From Geobacteraceae bacterium (lineage in GTDB: Bacteria > Desulfobacterota > Desulfuromonadia > Geobacterales > Geobacteraceae): a stretch of 64,000 bases of DNA. Positions 28,197 through 38,123 of this stretch are shown piece after piece. A model generated the notes under the pieces. That model was not told the origin of the DNA. It worked only from the letters and a program-made list of their open reading frames with translations, and searched no databases. The position numbers and the translations under genes are program-made. Numbering within the stretch: the stretch's first letter is position 1; the number at the start of each line of letters is the position of its first letter. Location of the stretch: assembly GCA_029975275.1 (NCBI GenBank), contig JARKPN010000166.1:40509-104508 (forward strand), in the 5' to 3' direction.

Positions 28197-29318
28197 ATGA
28201 CAGCTGAGATTGTTGCAGGTCTGGCGGGGATTGTGGCGGACAGGACCACCATCAGCACGGTGGGGAAGACCGGGTTGGGGTTGAGTTACCGGGGGTATTC
28301 CATCGAGGACCTGACCCGGGAGGCCGATTTCGAGGAAGTCGCCTACCTGCTCCTCTACGGAGAGCTCCCCACCAGGAGCGAGCTTGACGCCTTCCGCGGC
28401 CGGATAATCTCCCTGCGTGGCCTTCCCGAGCGGCTGAGGAACATACTGGAGCAGGTGCCTGCCGAGGCCCACCCCATGGACGTCCTCCGGACCGGCTGTT
28501 CGGCCCTGGGCGCCATGGAGCCGGAAGCCTCGCCAAGCGACCAGCTGAAGGCAGTCGAACGGCTCCTGGCCACGCTGCCCGGCATGCTCCTTTACTGGCA
28601 TCACTTCCACGCGAGCGGCAAGCGTATCGACACCATGAGCGACGAGCCGAGGCTGGCCTGCCACTTCCTGAACCTCCTGCACGGTAGGGCCCCCGACCGG
28701 GAGCCGTGTAACGCGGTCAACGTCTCGTTCATCATCTATGCGGAACACGAGTTCAACGCGTCAACCTTTTCCGCCCGGGTGACCACCTCCACCAGGAGCG
28801 ACTACCATTCAGCCGTCACCGCCGCCATCGGCACCCTGAAAGGGCCCCTGCACGGCGGCGCCAACGAGGAGGCCATGAAGCTGATCGAGCGCTTCGAAAC
28901 GCCGGACCAGGCGGAGCAGGAGATCCTGCGGATGCTGGAGCGGAAGGAACGGATCATGGGGTTCGGCCACCGGGTCTACAAGGACAAGCCCGACCCCCGT
29001 TCCGACATCATCAAGGAGTGGTCCAGGAGGCTCGCCGAGGCCACCGGCCACAAGCTCCTCTACCAAGTCTCGGAACGGATAGAAGAGGTGGTGGTGCGCG
29101 AGAAGGGGCTGTTTCCCAACGTGGATTTCTACAGCGCCTCCCTCTACCACATGTGCGGCATCCCGACGAACATGTTCACCCCGCTGTTCGTGTTCGCCCG
29201 CGCGGCAGGCTGGTCGGCCCACATCATCGAGCAGCGGGCAACCGGCCGACTGATCCGTCCGACCGCCGAGTATATCGGGCTTGAGCCGCGGGCGTTCGTG
29301 CCGTTGGAAAAGAGGTGA
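28197..29318 (+). CDS. prpC: 2-methylcitrate synthase (citrate synthase family)
   Basis: The citrate synthase signatures GPLHGGANE and MGFGHRVYK are present. Its position between prpB and prpD supports the PrpC call. Confidence 0.88.
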   Translation: MTAEIVAGLAGIVADRTTISTVGKTGLGLSYRGYSIEDLTREADFEEVAYLLLYGELPTRSELDAFRGRIISLRGLPERLRNILEQVPAEAHPMDVLRTGCSALGAMEPEASPSDQLKAVERLLATLPGMLLYWHHFHASGKRIDTMSDEPRLACHFLNLLHGRAPDREPCNAVNVSFIIYAEHEFNASTFSARVTTSTRSDYHSAVTAAIGTLKGPLHGGANEEAMKLIERFETPDQAEQEILRMLERKERIMGFGHRVYKDKPDPRSDIIKEWSRRLAEATGHKLLYQVSERIEEVVVREKGLFPNVDFYSASLYHMCGIPTNMFTPLFVFARAAGWSAHIIEQRATGRLIRPTAEYIGLEPRAFVPLEKR

Positions 29319-29325
29319 TTTTCCC

Positions 29326-30780
29326 GTGTCAAACCCGACCGCCGAAAGCAATATCAGACCTCCCCCGGACCGGGAACTGGTGGAAATCGCCGATTACGTG
29401 ACCGAGTACGTGGTCACCGCCGGCGAGGCCCTGGAGACGGCCCGCCTCTGCCTGCTGGACAGCCTGGGGTGCGCTCTGCTGGCCCTGAACTACCCGGAGT
29501 GCACCAGGCTGCTGGGGCCGGTGGTCCCGGGTGTCACCATCCGTCCCGGCGCCCGTGTCCCGGGAACCGACCATGAACTGGATCCGGTAACGGCGGCCTT
29601 CAACACCGGCGTTCTGATCCGCTGGCTCGACTTCAACGACGCCTGGCTGGCCGCCGAGTGGGGCCATCCGTCCGACAACCTGGGAGGAATCCTGGCGTCG
29701 GCCGACTACCTGAGCCGGAGAAACGTGTCTGAGGGAAAAGAGCCGCTCGCCATGGGGGAGGTTCTTGCCGCCATGGTCAAGGCCCACGAGATCCAGGGGG
29801 TGCTGGCATTGGAGAACAGCTTCAACCGGGTCGGCCTGGACCATGTGGTGCTGGTCAAGGCGGCGACTACGGCGGTGGTGACCCGGCTGCTGGGAGGTAG
29901 CAGGGACCACATCGCCGATGCCCTGTCCCAGGCCTGGATCGACGGCCAGAGCCTGCGTACCTACCGGCACGCGCCCAATACCGGTCCCAGGAAATCGTGG
30001 GCCGCCGGCGACGCCACCAGTCGCGGGGTCTGGCTGGCGCTCCTGACCCTGCGGGGCGAGCCCGGCTACCCGAGCGCCCTGAGCGCGAAGAAGTGGGGCT
30101 TTTACGACGTATCCTTCCGCGGCGTCCCATTCCGCCTGCAACGTTCCTACGGCTCCTATGTCATGGAGAACATCCTGTTCAAGATCTCCTTCCCGGCCGA
30201 GTACCACGCCCAGACGGCAGTGGAGTGCGCCTTCAGGCTCCACGAACAGGTGAGGGACCGGCTGGACGAGGTCGCGCGCGTCGTCATCTCCACCCAGGAG
30301 TCGGCCATTCGGATCATCAGCAAGACCGGACCCCTGTACAACCCGGCCGACCGGGACCACTGTCTCCAGTACATGACGGCCGTCGCACTGATCCGCGGCC
30401 GGCTGACCGCCGATGACTACGGCGACCAGGCTGCCGCCGATCCATGCATCGACCGGCTCAGGGAGCTGATGGAGGTGGAGGAGGACCCGCGCTACAGCCG
30501 TGACTACCTGGACCCGGACAAGCGCTCCATCGCCAACGCGGTGCAGGTCTTCTTCAGGGACGGAAGCAGCACGGAGAAGGTGGAGGTGGAGTATCCCCTG
30601 GGCCACCGCCGCCGCCGCTCGGAAGGGATCCCCCTGCTGTTGAAAAAATGCCGGGACAACCTCTCCGCCCGGCTGCCGGAGGAACGAGTGGACCTGGTGC
30701 TCGACGTTTGCTCCGACCTGGGACGGTTGCAAGCCATGCCGGTCCATGAATTCATTGGGCTGTTTCTGCCCGGGAAATAG
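29326..30780 (+). CDS. prpD: 2-methylcitrate dehydratase
   Basis: MmgE/PrpD family pattern ([10 protein letters not shown]..., [17 protein letters not shown]). A GTG start at 29326 lies 8 nt after the prpC stop, with an AGAGG RBS. Confidence 0.88.
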   Translation: MSNPTAESNIRPPPDRELVEIADYVTEYVVTAGEALETARLCLLDSLGCALLALNYPECTRLLGPVVPGVTIRPGARVPGTDHELDPVTAAFNTGVLIRWLDFNDAWLAAEWGHPSDNLGGILASADYLSRRNVSEGKEPLAMGEVLAAMVKAHEIQGVLALENSFNRVGLDHVVLVKAATTAVVTRLLGGSRDHIADALSQAWIDGQSLRTYRHAPNTGPRKSWAAGDATSRGVWLALLTLRGEPGYPSALSAKKWGFYDVSFRGVPFRLQRSYGSYVMENILFKISFPAEYHAQTAVECAFRLHEQVRDRLDEVARVVISTQESAIRIISKTGPLYNPADRDHCLQYMTAVALIRGRLTADDYGDQAAADPCIDRLRELMEVEEDPRYSRDYLDPDKRSIANAVQVFFRDGSSTEKVEVEYPLGHRRRRSEGIPLLLKKCRDNLSARLPEERVDLVLDVCSDLGRLQAMPVHEFIGLFLPGK

Positions 30781-30827
30781 GTGCAGGTTCCGCATCTGCC
30801 ATGACGTGACTATTCTTCAAAAACCGT

Positions 30828-30856
30828 TTGACAGGAGTCATATCATCAGCTATAAA
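30828..30856 (+). promoter_or_regulatory. Near-consensus sigma-70 promoter of the Rrf2-cydAB unit
   Basis: TTGACA (30828-30833), a 17-nt spacer, then TATAAA (30851-30856). It lies about 32 nt upstream of the ATG at 30888. Confidence 0.6.
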
Positions 30857-30887
30857 AAGACAAAAAAGGTCCTTTAGGTATGTTTTT

Positions 30888-31304
30888 ATGATGGAATTGA
30901 CCCGTAAGGGTGAATATGCAATACGAGGAATTCTCTACCTGGCACGTCAACCACAGGGCAAACTCTCCCTGGTCGGTGAAATCGCCGCCGCCTCAGGGGT
31001 CCCCAAGACGTTCCTCGCCAAGATCCTCCAGGACTTCACCAAGGTCGGTCTAGTCTATTCCTTCCGAGGCACGGGCGGAGGCTTTTCCCTGGCCCGCACC
31101 CCGGACAGGATCACTCTGCGTGAAGTGGTGGAGGCGGTGGAGGGCCCCATTCTTCCCAACCGCTGCCTTATAGGCGCCGGGAGTTGTGAAAACGACTCCT
31201 CCTGCCTGGTCCACCCGGTATGGAAACGGGTAAGGGATGAAATCGTCACGATCCTGGACGGTGTGACCATCGAGGAACTGGCCGGGGAAGACCATCCGAC
31301 ATAA
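30888..31304 (+). CDS. Rrf2-family transcriptional regulator with three clustered Cys (probable Fe-S sensor)
   Basis: MMELTRKGEYAIRGILYLA is a wHTH start. RCLIGAGSCENDSSCLVH provides a Cys triad as in IscR/NsrR-type regulators. Confidence 0.85.
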   Translation: MMELTRKGEYAIRGILYLARQPQGKLSLVGEIAAASGVPKTFLAKILQDFTKVGLVYSFRGTGGGFSLARTPDRITLREVVEAVEGPILPNRCLIGAGSCENDSSCLVHPVWKRVRDEIVTILDGVTIEELAGEDHPT

Positions 31305-31354
31305 TCGCGTAAGGCGAAAATACCAGCCGAACTATCCAAAAGGAGGATGCCTGT

Positions 31355-32701
31355 ATGGATGTGGTGGCGTTGAGCAGGCTGCAGTTCGCGATTACCAGCA
31401 TGTTTCATTTCATCTTTGTGCCGCTCACTCTCGGTTTGTCGATCCTGGTTGCCTTCATGGAGACCAGGTATGTCCGCACCGGCAACGAGCTGTACAAGGA
31501 GATGACCAAGTTCTGGGGCAAGCTTTTCCTGATCAATTTCGCCCTGGGTGTGGTCACCGGCATTACCCTGGAGTTCCAGTTCGGCATGAACTGGGCCGAG
31601 TATTCCCGCTATGTGGGAGATATCTTCGGCGCGCCGCTGGCCATCGAGGCCACCCTGGCATTCTTCCTGGAATCGGTGTTCATTGGGGTATGGATCTTCG
31701 GCTGGGACAAGGTGTCGAAGACCTTCCACGCCGTCTCCATCTGGATAGTCGCGCTGGCAACCAACCTCTCGGCCCTCTGGATCCTGCTGGCCAACGGCTG
31801 GATGCAGAAGCCGGTCGGATTCGTGCTGCGCAACGGCAGGGCCGAGATGGTCGATTTCATGGCCATGGTGACTAACCCTTACGGCCTGATGAAGTTCGCC
31901 CACACCATCGTGTCCGGCTACGTGCTGGCGGGCTTCTTCGTGCTGGGGGTATCGGCCTGGCACCTCCTGAGGAAAAACCGGCCCGATTTCTTTGGCAAAT
32001 CCTTCAGGATCGGAGCGGTGTTCGCTGTGGCGGCGATTCTGATGGTGGTCCTCACGGGGGACTATTCAGCGGTACTGGTGGCCAAGCACCAGCCGGCCAA
32101 ATTCGCCGCCATGGAGTCCGTGTGGGAGACCCGGAAAGGGGCGGGGATCAACATTTTCGTCATACCCGACCCGAAAAGGGAATGCAACCTGGTGGAGGGA
32201 CCCTGTATCCCGAACCTGCTCAGTTATCTGGCCTTTCACACTCCTGACGGAGAGATCAAGGGGCTGAAGGCCTTTCCGGTTGAGGATCGTCCGCCGGTAA
32301 CCCCGACCTTTATCAGCTTCAGGATAATGGTGGGCCTGGGCTTCCTCATGCTGCTTCTTGCTGCCGTATCACTGGTAAAATCGTTGAGGGGCACGTTGGA
32401 GAGGCATCCCCTGTTCCTTCGCCTGCTGGTCTATGCCATCCCGATTCCATACATCGCCAACCAGCTCGGCTGGCTTGTGGCCGAGGTCGGGAGGCAGCCG
32501 TGGATCGTCTATGGGGTCCTGAGGACCTCGGACGCCGTCTCCAAGTCCATCAACGCCACCCAGGTTGTGATTTCACTGGCTGGCTTTACGCTGCTGTATG
32601 GGTTCCTCGGTTTCCTAGACGTCTACCTGCTGACGAAATACGCCCGCAAGGGTCCGGAGCAGACAGCTCCCGCCGTTGTTCCGGCGGCAAAGGAGGTGTG
32701 A
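31355..32701 (+). CDS. cydA: Cytochrome bd ubiquinol oxidase subunit I
   Basis: MDVVALSRLQFAITSMFHFIFVPLTLGL and GWLVAEVGRQPWIVYGVLRT are CydA hallmarks. Confidence 0.95.
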   Translation: MDVVALSRLQFAITSMFHFIFVPLTLGLSILVAFMETRYVRTGNELYKEMTKFWGKLFLINFALGVVTGITLEFQFGMNWAEYSRYVGDIFGAPLAIEATLAFFLESVFIGVWIFGWDKVSKTFHAVSIWIVALATNLSALWILLANGWMQKPVGFVLRNGRAEMVDFMAMVTNPYGLMKFAHTIVSGYVLAGFFVLGVSAWHLLRKNRPDFFGKSFRIGAVFAVAAILMVVLTGDYSAVLVAKHQPAKFAAMESVWETRKGAGINIFVIPDPKRECNLVEGPCIPNLLSYLAFHTPDGEIKGLKAFPVEDRPPVTPTFISFRIMVGLGFLMLLLAAVSLVKSLRGTLERHPLFLRLLVYAIPIPYIANQLGWLVAEVGRQPWIVYGVLRTSDAVSKSINATQVVISLAGFTLLYGFLGFLDVYLLTKYARKGPEQTAPAVVPAAKEV

Positions 32702-32702
32702 T

Positions 32703-33731
32703 ATGGAGCTTCAGGTTACCTGGTTCGTCCTCTGGGGGGTCCTCTGGGCGGTCTATTTCATGTTGGACGGATTCGTGCTGGGCGCCGGTATGCTGCACCG
32801 CTACCTGGGCTCCAATGAGGCGGAGAGGAGGGTGATCATCAACACCTTCGGACCGGTCTGGGACGGCAACGAGGTCTGGCTGATAACAGCCGGCGGCGCT
32901 ACCTTCGCGGCCTTTCCGACCACTTACGCCCTCATGTTCAGCTACCTGTACACGGCACTGCTCCTGCTCCTCTTTGCCTTGATCGTGCGGGGCGTATCCT
33001 TCGAGTTCAGGGGCAAGCTGGAGAACGACCGCTGGAAAGGGGCCTGGGATACGGCTATAATGGTCTGCAGTTTTCTTCCGGCGCTCCTGTTCGGGGTCGC
33101 CTTTGGCAACATCTTTCGCGGGCTTCCCATGGACGCCTCGGGCTACCAGGGTTCATTTTTTTTCCTGCTGAATCCATTCGGGCTCCTTACCGGAGCGCTG
33201 TTCGTGTTCCTGTTCCTGGTGCACGGCGCCTTGTACCTGTCAGCCAAGACCGACGGGGACCTGAGCGACAGGGCACTGGCCACGGCCAACCGCCTGTGGC
33301 CCTTCCTGCTGGTGATTGCCGCCGCTTTCCTGGTTGCCGCCTATCCGGCGACCGGCCTGTACGGCAACTATCTCGACACACCTGCGTTGCTGACGCTTCC
33401 GCTGCTGGCGGTCGCGGCCCTGGTCTCGATTCGCGTCTTCACGGCTCGCAATAACGTTCTTGCCTCCTTTGCCGCGTCGTGCGTTACCATCGTCCTGGTG
33501 GTTGCCACCGGGGTTACAGGCCTGTTCCCCAACCTGATCCCCTCAAGCCTCGACCCGGCATACAGCCTGACCATCTTCAACTCCTCCTCCAGCCAATACA
33601 CCCTGAGGATCATGACGGTTGTGGCGCTGATTTTCGTTCCCATCGTCATCGCCTACAAGGTATGGGTTTACCGGGTCTTCCGCGCCAAGGTCACGACTCA
33701 GGAGGTCATGGGGGACGAACACGCTTACTGA
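32703..33731 (+). CDS. cydB: Cytochrome bd ubiquinol oxidase subunit II
   Basis: The ATG lies 1 nt after the cydA stop. MELQVTWFVLWGVLWAVYFMLDGFVLGAGML is the CydB N-terminus. Confidence 0.93.
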   Translation: MELQVTWFVLWGVLWAVYFMLDGFVLGAGMLHRYLGSNEAERRVIINTFGPVWDGNEVWLITAGGATFAAFPTTYALMFSYLYTALLLLLFALIVRGVSFEFRGKLENDRWKGAWDTAIMVCSFLPALLFGVAFGNIFRGLPMDASGYQGSFFFLLNPFGLLTGALFVFLFLVHGALYLSAKTDGDLSDRALATANRLWPFLLVIAAAFLVAAYPATGLYGNYLDTPALLTLPLLAVAALVSIRVFTARNNVLASFAASCVTIVLVVATGVTGLFPNLIPSSLDPAYSLTIFNSSSSQYTLRIMTVVALIFVPIVIAYKVWVYRVFRAKVTTQEVMGDEHAY

Positions 33732-33753
33732 ATTTATGGATCCAGGAATCTAA

Positions 33754-33790
33754 ACCTCCCGTGAAGAGTGGTCCTCGGGAGGTTTTTTTA
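33754..33790 (+). terminator. Rho-independent terminator after cydB
   Basis: acctcccg-N14-cgggaggt is followed by ttttttta. Confidence 0.85.
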
Positions 33791-33906
33791 TAGAATGGGT
33801 TTTCTTGCCGGCAAATCTGTGGTAAGTATAAGAAAAAACATATTGTCAGGCTTCAAAAACAGGCATGTGAAATGCCTGCGAATATTACGTGCGGGGAACG
33901 TGCACC

Positions 33907-34152
33907 ATGGCAAAAACAAAATATTCCGAATTAACCGCGGTAGCCGCTTTTGTCGCCGGAGCGGCAATAGCGGCCGGACTTACCCTCCTTTTGAGCCCCA
34001 AAACCGGTCGTGAGATCAGGGAAAACATCGGCGGCATCAAGGAAGATGCCGTCGACAAGCTGAAGGAATGCGCCCGTGAGGCCAGGTTCAAACTGAGCCC
34101 CAAGACAAAATCGGACGCCTTCCGCTACGAAGGCGGAGATTGCTGGATCTGA
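33907..34152 (+). CDS. YtxH-domain protein (second copy in the window)
   Basis: MAKTKYSELTAVAAFVAGAAIAAGLTLLLSPKTGREIRENI carries the same signature as the 15796 gene. Confidence 0.75.
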   Translation: MAKTKYSELTAVAAFVAGAAIAAGLTLLLSPKTGREIRENIGGIKEDAVDKLKECAREARFKLSPKTKSDAFRYEGGDCWI

Positions 34153-34167
34153 GCCTGTAATCCGACA

Positions 34168-34210
34168 CAGGAAGACCGGCGTGACTGAAATTGTCGTGCC
34201 GGTCTTCCTG
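34168..34210 (+). terminator. 13-bp perfect hairpin downstream of the ytxH-like gene (no T-tract)
   Basis: caggaagaccggc-N17-gccggtcttcctg, 16 nt after the stop. Confidence 0.4.
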
Positions 34211-34603
34211 CGCACTCTCTGGTGCGAACGAGTCGCCTGTGCGCATGTGCCTCAGGTCCGACAATGCCCTGTTCCGGTCTACCCATGCTTTGGCATCTCT
34301 CCGTATGTCTCCCGCGACGACACCTCCTTTTCTGTTTCGCGACACATCACTTCCTGAAAGAAAACGAGCGACGCTTCACGCCTCCAGCCGGTTGAACATG
34401 TGCCGGAATTAAGTAGTTGATCTGTCGCAGCCAAAATAGTAAACAGATTACATCCGAACAACGACTGGAGACCTGGACAGGCGTCTCAGTCGTTCTGAGG
34501 GCAACTGTCTTAACGGCATGCTCAGAAAAGTCTACCGGGACGTAACAATCCCCTCTAGGTGTTGCGTAGTGGAGAGACGGAAGAGATAGCGGGAATAAGT
34601 TTC

Positions 34604-35560
34604 ATGACAAACGTCGGCAGCGGACAGTATAAGCATCATCAGGTCCTGGTGGTCGAGGACAGCGCACTCATGCGTAGGGTCCTTGATGGGCACCTTCAGG
34701 AGATGGGATACCGGACCGTCACCGTCGAGAACGGCCGCCAGGCTTTGGACAAACTCGTCACAGGGTACTACCCCATCGTCATTACCGATCTGGTCATGCC
34801 TGAAATGGATGGAAGGGAACTGTGCATGGCCGTAAGGGAAATGTCCTTGGGGGGGTATGTCTATCTCATCATGCTTACCTCCCGGGATTCCAGGGAGGAC
34901 ATGATCCGCGGCCTGGAGGCGGGGGCCGACGAATACCTGATCAAACCGGTAAACCGGGCAGAACTGATGGTGCGCCTGAAGACCGCCGAAAGGATACTCA
35001 CCCTCGAAAGCTCGTTGAAGAAAAGCTATGAGGAGATTAAGGCCCTGTCGGTCCGGGACCCGCTTACCAGGGTCTACAACCGGGGATACCTGGACGAAAG
35101 GCTTGTCCACGAGGTCAAGCGGGCCTTTCGTTTCGAGAGACCTATCTCCCTCATAATGTTCGATATTGACCACTTCAAGCTCATCAACGATACCTTCGGA
35201 CATACGGTCGGGGATCGTGTGCTTGTTGAGTGCGCGGATCTCTTGAAGCTCTCCATCCGTCAGGAGATCGACTGGATAGCCCGCTACGGTGGTGAGGAGT
35301 TCGTCATTGTCCTTCCCGAGACCCTCTCTCCTGGGGCGTTCGTGGCTGCGGAAAGGTTGCGGAAAAATCTTGCGACCAAGGTGATGGCGGCGGACGGCGC
35401 CGAAATACGGGTCACGGCAAGCTTCGGCGTGAGCAGCTTCACGCCGGCGAGCCAGAAGGAGGACCTCTCAATGGCCGCATCACTTATTGCCGGTGCGGAC
35501 CGTGCCCTTTACAGTGCCAAGAAAGAAGGGCGGAACAGGGTCGAGTGCGTGCAACTTTGA
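34604..35560 (+). CDS. Response regulator with GGDEF output (REC-diguanylate cyclase)
   Basis: The REC domain reads VLVVEDSALMRRV...VITDLVMPEMDG...KP. The GGDEF domain has an intact RYGGEEF active site. The start is taken at the MTNVGSG ATG. Confidence 0.88.
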   Translation: MTNVGSGQYKHHQVLVVEDSALMRRVLDGHLQEMGYRTVTVENGRQALDKLVTGYYPIVITDLVMPEMDGRELCMAVREMSLGGYVYLIMLTSRDSREDMIRGLEAGADEYLIKPVNRAELMVRLKTAERILTLESSLKKSYEEIKALSVRDPLTRVYNRGYLDERLVHEVKRAFRFERPISLIMFDIDHFKLINDTFGHTVGDRVLVECADLLKLSIRQEIDWIARYGGEEFVIVLPETLSPGAFVAAERLRKNLATKVMAADGAEIRVTASFGVSSFTPASQKEDLSMAASLIAGADRALYSAKKEGRNRVECVQL

Positions 35561-35594
35561 CGTACTCTCCTGCTTCGCCCCCTCAGCGTGCCGG

Positions 35595-36005
35595 TCATCT
35601 GTTCACGCTGATCCTGCCGTCGGTGTCCACCAATGTCTCGAAATATACCTGCCGCTCTCCCTCGGTTACCAGTCGTGCCGTTATCTGGAACCGCAGGGTA
35701 AGAGAGTCGTCTTCTTCCGGGATGAACGTCACGTTTGTACCGGACAGTCTCGGCTCGTACCTCTCCATGGCTGACTTGAGGCTCGATTCTATCTCGTGCA
35801 CCGAATCGGGATAGCTCTGGAGAAAATCAAGAAAATCCGGAACCCCGTAATCGTCCGCAATGGGGACATTTCCCTGTCTGGTGTTCAGCATCTTCTGCAG
35901 ATGGTCGACAATCGAGTCGATGCAGCGTCGCATATCTTCGCTTCCCCGACGATGCGGTTCAGTTTCCCAGGAACGAAGCCGTTCCAGAAGTCGTTCTCCA
36001 ACCAT
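35595..36005 (-). CDS. tssE: T6SS baseplate subunit TssE (gp25-like)
   Basis: LLERL...SIVDHLQKMLNTRQGNVPIADDYGVPDF...RYEPRL is the GPW_gp25/TssE pattern. Confidence 0.85.
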   Translation of the reverse strand: MVGERLLERLRSWETEPHRRGSEDMRRCIDSIVDHLQKMLNTRQGNVPIADDYGVPDFLDFLQSYPDSVHEIESSLKSAMERYEPRLSGTNVTFIPEEDDSLTLRFQITARLVTEGERQVYFETLVDTDGRISVNR

Positions 36006-36066
36006 CCTCTTTTGCTCCTTTCCGCGCAGTTCACTCCCTCCCTAATGCAAGGGAAGGGTGGGTAGC

Positions 36067-36814
36067 TCAAATCGTCTTTTCCAGAACATCGGCCCTGTCG
36101 CCGGGAGCAGGATGGCTTGAGAACACGCTGCTGTCGTTGCCGTACATCTTTTCCAGTTTGCGCAGTGCGCTTACGGCGGCTTTGGGGTCGTACTTGTTGG
36201 TCTTGATGAATTTGAGGGCATACTTAATCGGCGTCCTTTTCGTTGGCCTGGGAGTATTGTGCGTGCACCAGTTGCTCGGCCAGTTCTCCCAAGGCTTCAT
36301 CTGACAGCTTGACCATGCTGCTGCCGCTTGCAACACCGGCCTTGCGGGCGGCAGATGTAACATAGGCGGTCTGAAATGCCTTCTTGCTGTGACCGAGGCT
36401 CACATGCCCGATTTCGTGGCCTATGACGTAACGCACCTCGTCATCGGTCATCTGGTCCATGAGCCCGGCGAAAACGCGGACGGTCCCGTCGGCCATGGCG
36501 AACGCATTGACATCCTTCACCAGATAGACCTTGATATCGGTTTTCACATTGCCGTCAATCTTCATCCCCTTCGTGAGCTTCGCAAGTCGTTTCGCGTAGG
36601 GACTGGAAGGGGGTGCAAGCTGATTGGACTGGTCGTAGGTCTGGCTCGCCTCCGAGGCGAGTTGCTTTACCTGTCCATCGGTCAGGGTTGCCGCAGAAGT
36701 GAGGTCTTTACCGGCTTCCAGCATGCCGCCGAGGTCGAAACCGGCATTGGCGGGGTGAGTGAGTGCTGCAGATATAAATACCGCTGTTGTGATCTTTCTG
36801 AGTTTGTTCAGCAA
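36067..36814 (-). pseudogene. Secreted M48-family zinc peptidase, split by a +1 frameshift at about 36223-36229
   Basis: ORF 36224-36880 carries a signal peptide (TTG start at 36814 with an AGGAGA RBS), HEIGHVSLGH and ...SQANEKDAD, then a stop. The next frame continues KYALKFIKTNKYDPKAAVSALRKLEK...SSHPAPGDRADVLE, which is the expected continuation of the E-x-x-AD third-ligand region and the M48 C-terminus. Confidence 0.8.
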
Positions 36815-36939
36815 AGTTCTTTCTCCTCTTTCGTGTAGGATAGGCAGGCCAGCGTAGTAAGTTTTGCATAAAGCTATCAAGGTTTTCTTCCTTGTTGTGC
36901 TTTGATGTTACTAACAGAACAACGCTTCACTATTGGAAA

Positions 36940-37230
36940 CTATTCTTGCACTCTTACAATTACCGCGGAAATCTTTTTGATTTCTATTACACTATCGAAA
37001 AATTCCCCATTGGAGAGTTCGCCTAATTGTACAAGCTCTTTGGTGACAGTACGCACTTTGCCGCTTAATTCTCCGCCACCCATCAAGCGCAGGGTAATTC
37101 GTTTCCCTTTATGAGCCTCCAGTACTTTCTGAACGCTGTCTCCGGCTTTGATCTCCAAAACGTCCGCAAAGGCTCCCTGAGTCAGACTCATGCAAACCAG
37201 AAACGTTGGAACAACAAATAGATATTTCAT
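36940..37230 (-). CDS. Hypothetical small secreted protein (96 aa) in the low-GC patch
   Basis: The signal peptide is MKYLFVVPTFLVCMSLTQGAFA. The mature ~74 aa looks like a small beta-rich domain. I recognised no family. Confidence 0.5.
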   Translation of the reverse strand: MKYLFVVPTFLVCMSLTQGAFADVLEIKAGDSVQKVLEAHKGKRITLRLMGGGELSGKVRTVTKELVQLGELSNGEFFDSVIEIKKISAVIVRVQE

Positions 37231-37375
37231 ATGTGTCTCCTATTGAATTGGATTATTTTGCACCTCAATTAGGCGCATTTGTGTCCTTATTTCTGATTTG
37301 GGTCTTGCAAAGTGCAGTTCGCGACCATCTCGACCTAAGGGAGAGATTCTGAGGTGTACCTACCATACTCGGACG

Positions 37376-37403
37376 TGGCCCTCCCCGGCAACGGGGAGGG
37401 CCA
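37376..37403 (-). terminator. GC-rich 11-bp hairpin immediately after hcp
   Basis: tggccctcccc-N6-ggggagggcca, 17 nt past the hcp stop. There is no U-tract, so it may act as an attenuator or mRNA-stabilising stem. Confidence 0.45.
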
Positions 37404-37419
37404 TAACCAACTCAGATGA

Positions 37420-37908
37420 TCAGCCTCTCGGCACAGTCCATGAATCCTCTGACTCAATACCGTTGGGCTCATACGTCCACTTAATTTTCTTGTAGGTGAA
37501 GGATACCTTTTCCATGTGTCCATAGGGATCGCTGCTGGACTCGAGGGTGATAGGCATGTAAGGCTCCATCCCGACCACGATGGCGTCCTCAAGAGTTGTG
37601 GTGAAATAGTGCTCTTCGGTTCCCTGCTTGGTGATCCGATAGTATTTAAGGTTGACGTCTTTCATGTGTTCGCCGGTGCAGAGTGCTTGGTAAAGCTTGG
37701 GTGAACTCTTGTCATACATCTTTGTAATCGTTAGAGGTCCGTGCAGGCGTTTGCCCGACCCAAGTCCGGTGTTCGGATCACGTGGGATGCTGATGGCATG
37801 GTCCAGTGCATAGACAAGGATGGTGTTTTCCCTGCCTTGCATTTCGCAAGACCCGTCGATCTTGCCTTGTTTTTCTCCGGTCAGTGTCAAATGTGCTGGC
37901 ATTGGCAT
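37420..37908 (-). CDS. hcp: T6SS tube protein Hcp (TssD)
   Basis: 162 aa. The Hcp1-family pattern is present (MPMPAHLTLTGEKQGKIDGSC..., HGPLTITKMYDKSSPKLYQAL, KIKWTYEPNGIE). A GAGGAGG RBS lies upstream. Confidence 0.92.
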   Translation of the reverse strand: MPMPAHLTLTGEKQGKIDGSCEMQGRENTILVYALDHAISIPRDPNTGLGSGKRLHGPLTITKMYDKSSPKLYQALCTGEHMKDVNLKYYRITKQGTEEHYFTTTLEDAIVVGMEPYMPITLESSSDPYGHMEKVSFTYKKIKWTYEPNGIESEDSWTVPRG

Positions 37909-38123
37909 AGTGTGCTTCCTCCTCGCTGTGGTTTAGGTGTCCTCTAAGAGGATCACCAAGTTGCTACCAAAATGCCCTCAACAGGTGTTCGTGGCCATCC
38001 CAACTGAGCCTGGAATCTGTCATTAGTCAATGGATAGGTCTTTAGGTTTGTTGTGTGTGCCATTTTCTTTGACGGCAGATTGGTATGCTTAACATGATTA
38101 CCTTAAGGTAAATAGAGCATTTA

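Noticed and set aside
29329-30795. 488-aa ORF on the - strand
   Set aside because: It is antisense to prpD, which has clear MmgE/PrpD motifs.
36067-36363. 98-aa ORF treated as an independent gene
   Set aside because: Only its C-terminal two thirds make sense, as the continuation of the M48 peptidase after a +1 frameshift. The N-terminal part is an out-of-frame read over the upstream ORF.
37930-38123. Sigma-54 promoter upstream of hcp (TGGCACacacaACAAA), and a similar search at 51099-51170 upstream of tssJ
   Set aside because: The -24 GG element is present, but the -12 TGC element is absent at the required spacing in both cases.
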